From: Lepidodermella squamata
Lineage: Eukaryota; Animalia; Gastrotricha
Length of the DNA: 64,000 nt
Assembly: GCA_047495785.1 (NCBI GenBank)
Contig: JBLDXI010000013.1
Coordinates: forward strand, 4,216,001-4,280,000
Direction of reading: 5' to 3'
In this document: positions 13,253 through 23,700 of the stretch, piece by piece
Position numbering within the stretch: the stretch's first letter is position 1
How the letters are laid out: every line of letters begins with the position of its first letter
Made by a program: the position numbers and the translations under genes
The notes under the pieces: model-generated
What the model was told of the DNA's origin: nothing
The model's input: only the letters and a program-made list of their open reading frames with translations
Databases searched by the model: none

Positions 13253-14544
13253 TTATTTCGACTTTTTGGTCGGACTGTCCTTGCCAGAGTCTTTGCTTGT
13301 CTTGTTCTCCTTATCCGTCGCCTTCTCGCCATCCTTCGCCTCGCCGTTCTTCGCCGCGTCCTTGTCCTTGGCCTTGTCCTTAGCAGTCGTGGCCGAGACC
13401 GCGTTCTCCTGCTCCTTTCGCTCGGTGTCGCGGTTTTGCAGCTGGTTGTTGATCAAATTGTGCAGGGCAATGACGGCGCGGAGAAGGGCAGACATGTAAA
13501 CAGCCAGCATTTCGTCATTCGTCGTCAACTGAAGCGATCGGACCAGCGACGGGAAGGTGACATCAGGCAGCAGATTGAAGATATCTTGCAGCACATAGAT
13601 AATGTTGTGGTCAATCGGCAAAATTCCAGACCGGACCTGCTCCAAATACGTGTAGATTTTAACCAGCTGGTCGCGCAGACCACGAAGGCCGAGTAACTGG
13701 TCGGTGATACGTTGCGACAGCGTTCCGATCGTCGATTCACGGATATCACGCAGGAGATGCTCGACACCGACTTCCTCCGCCTCTTCGGCTCCGATTTCAG
13801 ATGGGACGTGTTCGAAGGTGCGGGTGGTCGGCGTGCCGTCGTCATTCACCTGTTCAACAGCGATGTAGGCCTCGGTCGGCAGACCCATTTGTTTAGGCTG
13901 GACATCGACTACGACCAGCACGCTGTTCGGGCAGTAGTTGCGGACCAATTCGTTGATAGCGACGTCGTTTCCGCGCAGTTTCGGCCCGGTGTGGTACCAA
14001 CCGACGATACGTTCACGAGCTAAACAATTAAGTTGGAATGTATCGACGGGTAAATAATGATACGAGACTTCAAATAAACCCGCAGCACTTTGGATGTGTC
14101 GACAGTTTTGATCTAGCACCTTCTATTGTACAACCAGTCGGTTTACGCGACTGATCATAGGTTTCTGAGGTGCGAGCAAGTTTGAAATTTTGAAGAATTC
14201 CACCTTGAAATTTCTTTTCGCAGTTATGACTTACCATTAACTTTGCGAAACATGGCAAACATGTTTTCGAGGTAGTCGTGGTCGAGGAACCAAACGGTCG
14301 GATCGCGGTCGTCCTCGTCGAACGGAACAGCGAAGGAATTCGAGATATCGAGAACATTGCCGCGGGCCGATCCGAGCAAACACCCAACTACTCGCTTGCC
14401 AATACCGACCTTGTGCATGCGCGAGAAGTGATCGACAACGCTGAGCAGAACTAACGGGTGGACGACGACTTTTTCGACGGTTGACGATGGAAGACCAGCA
14501 GTCGCCGACTCGACATTATTCGCCGTTGCAACCTCAGATGCCAT
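13253..14544 (-). CDS. PSMD7: 26S proteasome lid subunit Rpn8/PSMD7 (MPN domain); 2 exons
   Basis: [64 protein letters not shown]-like tail; intron ~14020-14234. Confidence 0.97.
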
Positions 14545-14709
14545 TATTAATTAAATAATAAAAAATGACTAATTTTGGGAAAAAATAAAATTATTAAGGT
14601 GGGTGATTAAAATTTTTTGATTTTAGCGTTTTTTACTCAATCTTTCTTAGCTTTCTTTACGCAATTTATAGCAGCGGAAAACACTCGACACGTCGCACCA
14701 AACGGCTTC

Positions 14710-15114
14710 TTATTTCTTACCACCAGCAGCGGCGTGCTCGTGGTCGTGCTCGTGGGCATGGGCGTGGGCCTTGCGCATCTGTTGGATGGTGGTCTGCAGC
14801 TCTTCACGCTTCCTCTTGCCGCGCTTGCTGGTGCCGAGGCGCCGCTTCAAGAACTTGAGCGCGCGCTTATCCTTCGACACACGCAGCAATTCCATGGCCC
14901 TCTTTTCGTAGGGCGCCTGGCCGGAGACTTCACGGATGACGTCGCGAACCAGTTTGTTGTGGCGCGAGACGCGGCCCTTCCTCTTGACCGGGCGCGGTGG
15001 CGGCTTAACCTTAGTCACGCTGTGACCCTTGTTCAGACCGAGGGCCATTTCGTACTTGATCTTGGCACCGCCGGTCTTCTTGGCCTTCTCGGCCTTCTTG
15101 GCTGTTGGGGCCAT
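14710..15114 (-). CDS. RPL36: 60S ribosomal protein L36 (eL36)
   Basis: [60 protein letters not shown]; the true ATG is at 15114, just after a TTTCCTCTAG acceptor. Confidence 0.97.
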   Translation of the reverse strand: MAPTAKKAEKAKKTGGAKIKYEMALGLNKGHSVTKVKPPPRPVKRKGRVSRHNKLVRDVIREVSGQAPYEKRAMELLRVSKDKRALKFLKRRLGTSKRGKRKREELQTTIQQMRKAHAHAHEHDHEHAAAGGKK

Positions 15115-15254
15115 TATCGGTATAAGAAACCCTAGAGGAAATAAGCGAAAAAATTGATTTTTCATAGTACAAACCGATCAATAGTTGTTACGAATTCAAA
15201 CACCTACACATCATCGGCGTGACGAGACTAGGTGATATTTGGTTTTCCCACAGC

Positions 15255-15264
15255 GAGAAAAGAA
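15255..15264 (-). promoter_or_regulatory. Putative TCT/5'TOP pyrimidine initiator of RPL36
   Basis: Minus strand TTCTTTTCTC ~140 nt upstream of the ATG, followed by a likely 5'UTR intron (GTAGGT ... TTTCCTCTAG). TOP starts are typical of ribosomal protein genes. Confidence 0.45.
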
Positions 15265-15455
15265 TCAATTAATCAATGGCTGCACCGAAAAAAGCTTCGG
15301 TACACACCAAGCAAACCGGTGGTAGTAGGAAGAAAGAATAACACAAAAAATTTCAGGGCGCGTAACGTGAAAGCAGTTCTCAGCAGCTGTTATGTTTTTG
15401 ATTTTCAAAATTGTGCGTTCATTTTTGTAAATAATTAATTGAGTCTTGTTCGGTT

Positions 15456-16006
15456 TTAGGCAGCAATGCTGTGAAGAACAAGCCGGAAAATGTGATGCAT
15501 AATGCAGTAGTTTCCGGTGGGCAGTTTCTTGAGCAGGAAGGTGTCGGTGAAGCCTTTCACGGGATCATCGTCAGTCTATAAATAAGCAAGTCTCATCATA
15601 AACCAAAGTAAATTCTGAAGATAGGGAACTCTACCTTGAGTTGACCGAGAACTTGGATGATAATTCCCTCGTTTTCAGTAGGTTGAGCGTCGAATGTGGT
15701 CACGACATGCTTGATTTGTTGGAAGGTCAACGACTATTTAGATGAAATTTTCCAGTAAACAACAATTTTCATTAACCAAAGGAAGCCTACCGTCAATCTT
15801 CGGCCAATCGCTTCTGCTCCTTGCATCAAATCGCCTTCGAATGAGAAAATGGCTTGAGGCTAAAAAAATTCAAATAAAAAATCCTCCTTAATTTGATGAA
15901 ATCGTGAACTTACATGGAAGAAAGGAACAACATTTGCAGGTCCAGTGTCGAAAGCCGCGTAGTAAGCTTGACAGAACGCTTGCGAAACCGCGTTGAAATC
16001 AGCCAT
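15456..16006 (-). CDS. NUTF2: Nuclear transport factor 2; 4 short exons, absent from the ORF track
   Basis: Spliced translation MADFNAVSQAFCQAYYAAFD..IFSFEGDLMQGAEAI..SLTFQQIKHVVTTFDAQPT..IIIQVLGQLKTDDDPVKGFTDTFLLK..HHIFRLVLH; ~50-nt GT-AG introns. Confidence 0.93.
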
Positions 16007-16963
16007 TAAATTACTACAACTAGTCGTAAAAAATCTAATTTTTGGGGAGGGATTGCAGGATTAGAGTTAGATACACACGATAGCTGAACTGCACCCCGCT
16101 TTCTCTACGCCGCAACTTTGTCCTATATGATGATTTTTCAGATGTAAGAAGAATGAAGCCAATTGCTGAAGTTTACGTACGTAAAAACTCGTCCAAATCT
16201 TCCTCAACACCTTATTCATCAATTTTCATCTTCACGCGCGCGGACAATCTTCTTTCTTCACATCTTCTCTGAATGTAGTAGTGTTGGTAGAGGGAGGTAG
16301 GTAGGTAGGAGTAGTAGTTAACTGAGAAAACATAAACACAGTTATTTAATTTCAGTACCAATTTTCTGTACACAGTAACTAGGATAATATGCGTGATTTT
16401 CATAGCTATGAATCGCGTTATGATTATTAGTAGAAATATCGGTAATATTTAACAGATTTGCTTCTAGCTCCCGCGAAAAAAGTCAAAGAAGGCACGAAAG
16501 GTTTAGAACATGACAGAAACGCAACAAGCGGAACATAACAGAGGTGTTGGTTTGCCGTCTTTGCTCTCTAAAACCATGCAACTAACAGCACACCGGTGCT
16601 TGAAAATCAAAAGTACAACTAGATGAAGTGATGATACACATCATGACTCGTTCGCATCACAGAAGAGCGGCGGCGACTGGTAATATAGTTGTATATGTAT
16701 ATGTATAGTAGAAGTAGTAACAAAATATCATCAACTCAAATCATTCGAAAAAAGGCTAGCCTATGTACATGTTAAATGTAATGACTCGATTTCTTTTTCA
16801 CACGCTGACGGAAGATCAGATCGAAATTAGGTGATGAAAATTGAGCAGATGTCAGCCATGGAGAAACAATGATGTTATTGTTATTGTTAGAACGAAGGCA
16901 ATGTATGATTATATGTGCTTCAATTCAGTGTTTTTGCGTAGCAAATACCTAAATGAGATGATC

Positions 16964-17924
16964 TCAGAATTCCCGACGGCGGTGGGGGGACGGTGACCGA
17001 GAACGACCAGCGGGTGAACGGCTTCGGCCATAACGGCGACGCCGGTCAGGCGAGCGACGATCGGGTGAACGACGGTCAGGTGAGCGGCGATCTCCACGGC
17101 GGTACCGATCACGCTCAGAACTGAGAACAAAATTAGAAAATCCACATTGATAACTTGAAAAATTCAACCTACGCGCTAACACGGCCCATGTAAATTCCCG
17201 GGGTTGGCGAATGAGGTCGAGTTGTGGTGCTGAAATCGACGCGAATAGGACGGCCGTCAATCTCGATTCCGGCAAGCTTTTCGCGGGCAGTAGCGGCGTC
17301 TTCCACGTGCCTGTAGTAGATGAAGGCGAAACCACGTGATCGGCCCGACTGCTTATCGTAGACGACTTGCACGTCTTCCAGGGCGCCATAACGAGCAAAA
17401 ATATCACGAAGTTCGCGCTCTCGGGTTCGTAGTGACAAACCAAAAGCAGCTACACAACGACTAGGATTGGAATGGTCCTGAAAATCAGTCGACAATTTTG
17501 AAGAAGACTTTTTCAATGACTCAGGCTTTAATACCGAGGTGCCACCACGACGGCTGCCGCGATCATTAGACCGGCTACGACGGGAATGACGAGGAGGAGA
17601 TCGAGAGTCACGGGACTTGGAGCGGCGACTGCGTTTAGATGATCTGCTGTGACCATTTCGTTCACGTGAGGCACTTCTGCGCTTCCGTTCTTCACGAGCT
17701 GGGCTGCGAGAGTGGTGACGACGGCCGTTGCTTTGTCTGATGGGTGAATGCGAGTTTTTGCTCGACTTTAGCTTGGTCGGTGATTCACTTCCAGAGCGAG
17801 ACCGTGAATGATTGCGGTTGCGAGATCCAGTCGACTTGGATTGAGCTTCGTTCTCGTCATCCTCTGTCTTTTCACGGTAATGAGGACTGCTATTTGCAGC
17901 TGATACAGGACTTTCAGTAGCCAT
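16964..17924 (-). CDS. TRA2: Transformer-2 splicing factor (RS-RRM-RS); 3 coding exons
   Basis: RS domain, [46 protein letters not shown], Tra2 signature [12 protein letters not shown], second RS domain. Confidence 0.95.
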
Positions 17925-18167
17925 TTCTTACAAATATTACACAAAAACCTAAATAAAATAATCATCAAGGTTATGTAACACATTACTTTCAAAATAAATC
18001 ATGATCAAAATACATAAATAGGCTGCTAACATGACAATCGACGTTAAGTATCACAAACGCAACTCAAAAGCAGTTTCGAAAAAGGAATAATATTTGACAA
18101 AAATAGTCCATGTAAAAGCAGTGTTATCAAGATGCAACAAAGTGCATCAAAATTGCATATGCCCGAA

Positions 18168-19055
18168 CTACCAATGCGCGTTATGATGCTTTGCCACGGC
18201 TTCTATAAAATGCTTATGAGAAGCGTACAATTGCAACTCCGAATCAATATCCGTCCAACGAACAGCACCTGCATCGTCGCCAGCTTGGAGAGGGAATTTA
18301 GCAACTGATGTTCCGCTTTCGTCATGAAAATTGACTGCAACTGTCTCCATCCAAGCGTTGTCAGTGTTGCGAGGATCATCGACGTAGCCTTCGTATACGA
18401 GTAAACCAGTGGAGAAAAATTTAGAAATCATCTGCGAGAGTTCGTCTCTTTCTTTGTGTTCAAATCCAGCTAGTGCTTCTTCATTAAATTCTCTCCGCAA
18501 AGTCTGATTAATGTTTTCACCAGCATCAACCATGCCACCTGGGATCGCCCACTGCTTGGTATCTCGTCGATTGATGGAAACAAACTGTAAGATTTTCTTT
18601 CCAGCCTTCTGCTCAATGGAACCTTTGGCGTCACGCTTCCACCTCGTCACAATAGGATCAGCGGCATGGTTAGGTCCCCAGCGGCCCAATTTTCCACGTT
18701 CCATGAGACCAGTTCGCCCGATAGGATTCAACGGTAAACCATTCTCATCGATTTTGTACTTGCCAACAAAGCTAACACGATTAACCTTGCCGTCGACTTG
18801 GTTATACAGGAGCTTAATCGACTTATCCTTCGTAACATCAGGATCTGCCCATTCTTTACCATGAACACCTTTATCTGTAAACGCGATAGGCTTGTATTCT
18901 GGCCACTTGACATCCCATCCCAGTTTTTCATCCGGAACAGGAAATCTCTGGATTGATTTCCCATCAGAGCAACCGTACGGCGAGCGAGCCTTGACATGAG
19001 CAAATCCAACTCCTAAGGAGCATAGCAGTGGCTTTGCTTTCGCCGTCGAGGCCAT
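18168..19055 (-). CDS. NUDT9: ADP-ribose pyrophosphatase NUDT9
   Basis: PLNPIGRTGLMERGKLGRWGPNHAADPIVTRWKR, Nudix box WAIPGGMVDAGE..REFNEEA, GYVDDPRNTDNAWMET, LYASH. The N-terminus may extend further upstream. Confidence 0.96.
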   Translation of the reverse strand: MASTAKAKPLLCSLGVGFAHVKARSPYGCSDGKSIQRFPVPDEKLGWDVKWPEYKPIAFTDKGVHGKEWADPDVTKDKSIKLLYNQVDGKVNRVSFVGKYKIDENGLPLNPIGRTGLMERGKLGRWGPNHAADPIVTRWKRDAKGSIEQKAGKKILQFVSINRRDTKQWAIPGGMVDAGENINQTLRREFNEEALAGFEHKERDELSQMISKFFSTGLLVYEGYVDDPRNTDNAWMETVAVNFHDESGTSVAKFPLQAGDDAGAVRWTDIDSELQLYASHKHFIEAVAKHHNAHW

Positions 19056-20155
19056 ATAGAATGATGGAGTATAAAGAATATAAGATGGCCCCTAGCCTCT
19101 ATGAAATACGTAAAAGTTACGAGTTGCAACAACCAATTCGCTGGAAAAGCGGAGAGACGACAGAAATAAGTAAAAAGGTAAAAGAGAGAGTAACAAGTAC
19201 TCTATGAATAAAGCTATATAAACGCCCTTGGACGCTCGGCAAGAAGCCGAGAAATAGGAGGGCCGCAGGAGAACCCACTCCGAACTTTCGAACTTCAAAG
19301 CACATGGCGCCTTACGAGGGTTTTGAAACCTAAAACACGAACAGCGTGTGTAAAATTTGTCATAATTCAAGGTCTTCCTAAAAATAAAAAAATATTAAAA
19401 GAGTTGTATAAATATACATAAATATGGTTATATGCAATTTTTGGCATTTATGAGAATGCACGGTCGACCGCATGTTAATGGAAGTTGCAGCTCTGAAAGT
19501 TCCAAGTTTCCAGCAGTGTGTCTTTGAGTTCCATCCAAGGATCGCGGACATGCAAACCAAACTCATTTTTTAATGTCCTGCTTTAGCTGTAGAGCCATAT
19601 TAGACTCCATAGAGTTTCACCGCTTCACTTAAACCGAGGAAAGGTGAATGACCTAAGAGTCTAAGCCACCAAAAGTTATGGATACCCCTGACTTCTTTAG
19701 TAACCGTCGTGACGGATGCAGAATTATACGTGTCAATTGCTCACGAATTGATTGATTACTCGCGAGTCAATTGATCACGCAAATACTGATGCAAATACCC
19801 TATCTTTAACGTGCGAACGAACCGGCCAGAATTTAGCCGACCCATACCCAACCTACAACCGGTCAATTTACCGGCCGGTCAACCCGACCTGATCCACCTT
19901 TGTAATTATAATTATGTTCGAATCAAATGTAATCAAATTGTAATTTTCCCACGGCAGTCAGAAAATGTTGGTGCCTCCAGGGCATAAGGCATCCAATGGA
20001 TTTTTTTCTATGAGAGAAATCGCGGTACCCTAAGGCAACTACCTTGTTTGCCTACTTCGTACTTCGTCGGTACTTTTGGAGGCCCAGCACGCTTCTTTGG
20101 CGAAGGAATGGACACCCCTTAACAGCATTAGCTGTCGAGACAGGCGCCTACTGTG

Positions 20156-20520
20156 TTACATCAATGAGGGCATGCAAAAGAGAGGAAGTGATTTGAAAAC
20201 TGGATCGCGATAAGCTAGACTAGTTTGACCCGTTGCGAGACGCAATTTAGGTATCTTTAACGTGTGTTGTGCGCTGCGTGTGCGAGTTGTGTGATTTGGT
20301 GTGAAAATGGTTTTATGGCTTCGGGTGCTTCGTCTACTATGCATCGATACATTGAAGTGGCTAAATGAATACTTCTTTTCCCTTCAAGGTCTAGCCTCTC
20401 CAGCTCAATGCGAAGAGAACTAGCATCGGTATGATCAAGTGCGTTCATAATGAAGCGCGCTGCCTTATCGCATTGCAGATTTTGCTTTCTTTTGAGCGAC
20501 CCGTCGTTTTGCTTCAGCAA
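20156..20520 (-). mobile_element. Degenerate non-LTR retrotransposon (CR1/L2-like) ORF2 C-terminal remnant
   Basis: Frameshifted KAARFIM..LEGKRSIHLATSMYRCI..AP..HNTR / LKIPKLRLATGQTSLAYR..KSLP matches the usual post-RT C-terminus of CR1/L2-group LINEs. Confidence 0.7.
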
Positions 20521-20756
20521 TTATTGTATCACAGTAATGCAGGTGAGAGAATATGAGTACGTTGGCCATAGATTTATTACTAGATAAGATCGGAAAAATG
20601 ATTCAGATATAAATATATTGATTTCATACAAAGAAAATCCTGGTGATTAAATAGAATGATAATGCTTTACTATCATGGTACTTATGCACTCCCTGACAGA
20701 TCAAAGTTTTATTCTAAAAGAGAGAGTTGGAAATCGCTGTTATTTCACCGGATTTG

Positions 20757-23700
20757 TTAGTCAGTTGTATAAACATGGCGAACGCTGCGCTGAAGGGTTT
20801 GCTTGTCGAACATATCCGGGTATTTACGGCATGTTTCGTCGACTTTTTTCTCCAGCTTATCCATCAGTGTCATCATGCGATTCGTGAATCGCTCGATTTC
20901 ATTCTCACGAATGGCTGAAAATCAACGTTGAAGAATGAAAATAACGATAGAAAGGGACATTACCCTGCTCGGTGTACAGGAATCGCTTATCAACGGAAAG
21001 TGCTGGAGGTCGGCGTTCGACCAGGCCAAGTATTTTTTTCAACTTTACGAACATGAACTCGAAAACAGCCTGCTCTTGCTTCAGCAGATGGCTGTCCATG
21101 CTCGCTTCTTCATAAGCGAAAACAATGAATGCAATCAGGAAATTGGTCAGAATGATGGAAACAACAAGGGAAAAAATAGTGAAGAAAATTGGTCCCATAA
21201 GTGGAAAAATCAATCGAAGAGACTTGTAGTCAAAAACACCGAGTTGCGTGGCGAAAAGGGTCTCCAGGGTAGAAACGAATGATGTGTAACCAGTGATATG
21301 ACTGCTGAAAACTAAGAAGCCCCATTGCGCGAAGGCCAAGAATACGACAGCGAAAACTAGAGAGAAGTTGAGTAAAACCTCCTTGGCGTTCTTCAGCGTT
21401 TGCATCATGATCATGATGTGGAGATTGAATCGCAGTAGTCGGATGAAACGAAGCGTTCCAACAGCAACAATAAAAGCGGCAAAGGCTGATACTACGAAGT
21501 CGTAGACTACGATGAGGTCCAGATTCGTGTAAGTTGTTGTTCGCGTCCTGAAACGGCCAGACATCAGCTTGAAGGCGGCATATCGGGCCCCGAACATTCC
21601 AGCCCAGAGAATGCACGAGAGAAGATGGAAAAAGTCAAGAACACACCAGAAATTCGTCCAGTAGGACTTCACGCCTGTTCGCATTTTCAAGCATTCGCGG
21701 ACGAACAGCAGAAATATAACCAAGAGGCACAAAATTTGAATAGCCAAGCTTAGCTTTTCTCCTTGGGTGTCATACGATTGAACCCTAAAGAAAAGTATAA
21801 AATTGTTGACTTTTTTAATGTAGACAACGACTGTTACGAGTTACTTGAGAATATAGCAGTAAGGTCTTGCTAGAATTCCACCGGTCTCCGGAAATTCGAA
21901 GATGTTTTGCGAAACTGAGAACAAGCTTCTGGCAGGGTTGAATAGGTTGAACTCGATGAAGAGAGCTCTGGTTTTATCATCAAGCCACTTGTTGGCGAAC
22001 AGATCATTTAAAACACTTCGAGCCTCGTCGAGGTCCTTGGGGAGATCAACAACGTAGCCGCCGCCATCGTATAGAGCCAGATTTCCAGATGTTGGAGTGG
22101 TACCTGTTTTCAGGGTTGACATGTAGCTCCAACCCAAGGTACCGGTCGCTTTCGAAACTGGGGTTGTTGTCGTAGTAAAAACTCTGGCCCTTGTTGTTGA
22201 ATTCATTTGCGAAGGATTGTTTGTTGTCGAAATGCTACCTGAAGCTTTGGTAGCTGGTGTCCATCCGACGCTGAAGTTCCGCGTCTCTTGATTGAGAAGC
22301 GAGAACGCAGAGGAACATGGGGTGCCAGTCTTCCTGAATGCTCTATGCACCCGACAACCCTCTGTTCCGACTCGAAGTTGCCTCAGACGAACAGTTCCCG
22401 CTAAGTATATTGCCTTATCTTGGGTGAAAGATCCTGGCTGGTCATCATCGGCCCCGTTATACCATTGCCTATCAATCAAGGCTGGCAACAAAGTATTGTT
22501 CAGGTAGACCCATATTTGCTCGTCGCGGATTACATCAGTGATTTTGACTGCTTTTCCCGGGCTATCTGCATAGACCCCAGCGAACAGCAGGAGACGGGAA
22601 GATTGTTGCATCTCCCAAGTCCATGGGTCGACGTTGTTATAAGCCACAAACATGACCATGTAGAGGAAGAAAACGTAAGATCCGATCTCTCGAATTACAC
22701 GCCACAGTGCCTTTTCTTTCATCCGATTTTCCCGGGCAATTTTCAACTCTTCAGGGTCGGGAGGGAGGAAAATGAAGTCTTGGCTTTTCTTTTGGCGGTC
22801 TTCACGTATTTTTTCTACATCCTCAGCCGATCTAGCTACTGGGCGGACGTACTGCTCGTCATCTTTCAATTTCATCATTTCGTCAATATCGTCATCTTTG
22901 GCTGGATTTTTGATAACCAAAGCGTAGAAAAGGACCATAATTACTATTTTGATTGGTTGCATGAATAGGATATCTGTGAATAAGGAAACCACCATAGCCG
23001 CCAACCACTCAGTGGCCTTTTCTGGTCCTAGCGCACCACCATACTCGACAATAGCCCAGAATGCTACCCCACATGTAGCAGCCGCGAGACAGTAAGCAAC
23101 TATCGTACACCACCAAGGAAGTATGAATGGTTTCTTGACTTCTTTTTTGACGGGCTTCTTCCGTGGCAATGTTTTGCTAGACTTTGATGAAATGCTAGAT
23201 ATCCGATTTCTAAAAGCCTCAGTTTCAGCTCTTTCCTTTATAGTTTCGACCTTTTTCTCGCTCTTGGATTTTCGGCGTTCGCTCATCCGGAAAAGCTGAA
23301 CAATCAACAAGTTGACCGGCGTGACAATCAGAGCCGATATTATGCTCATCATTAGTTTGTCAGTAGTCATAGAAATAGGACCTAGACTCAGCCTAGTCGC
23401 ATCGGGTCTATCTCTTGAAATGCCGAAAAACATTATATTGGCCAACATTGTGCAATAAAGGATGGATAGACAGCATGTTAGACGCTGAGTTCTAGTGAAC
23501 TGAGATCTCGGAGGCCGGCTGAAGACTGAAATCCATAGATGGCCATCAGTCAACTTGCGCTGTGACCTTGTAACAAACATGTGTTCGAAACCAGCCAAGA
23601 GCGTTTTATCTGCTACTGTAACGGCCCTCTCAACAAAGCCGTCATCTTCATCGACGGCTAACCATCGGTCGCAAACGAAGTAGAACTGTTGGTTGCGCTG

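Noticed and set aside
16600-16900. C/D-box snoRNA in the TRA2 3' region
   Set aside because: TGATGA/CTGA words occur, but not as a properly paired, stem-closed unit on the transcribed strand.
19056-19370. Upstream ORF in frame with NUDT9 across a single TAG (19092-19094), suggesting readthrough; also a hydrophobic 62-aa ORF from ATG 19305
   Set aside because: The in-frame ORF starts at TTG and has no recognisable homology; the TAG may simply be a splice acceptor. I could not find a splice joining ATG 19305 in frame. Unresolved, so not claimed.
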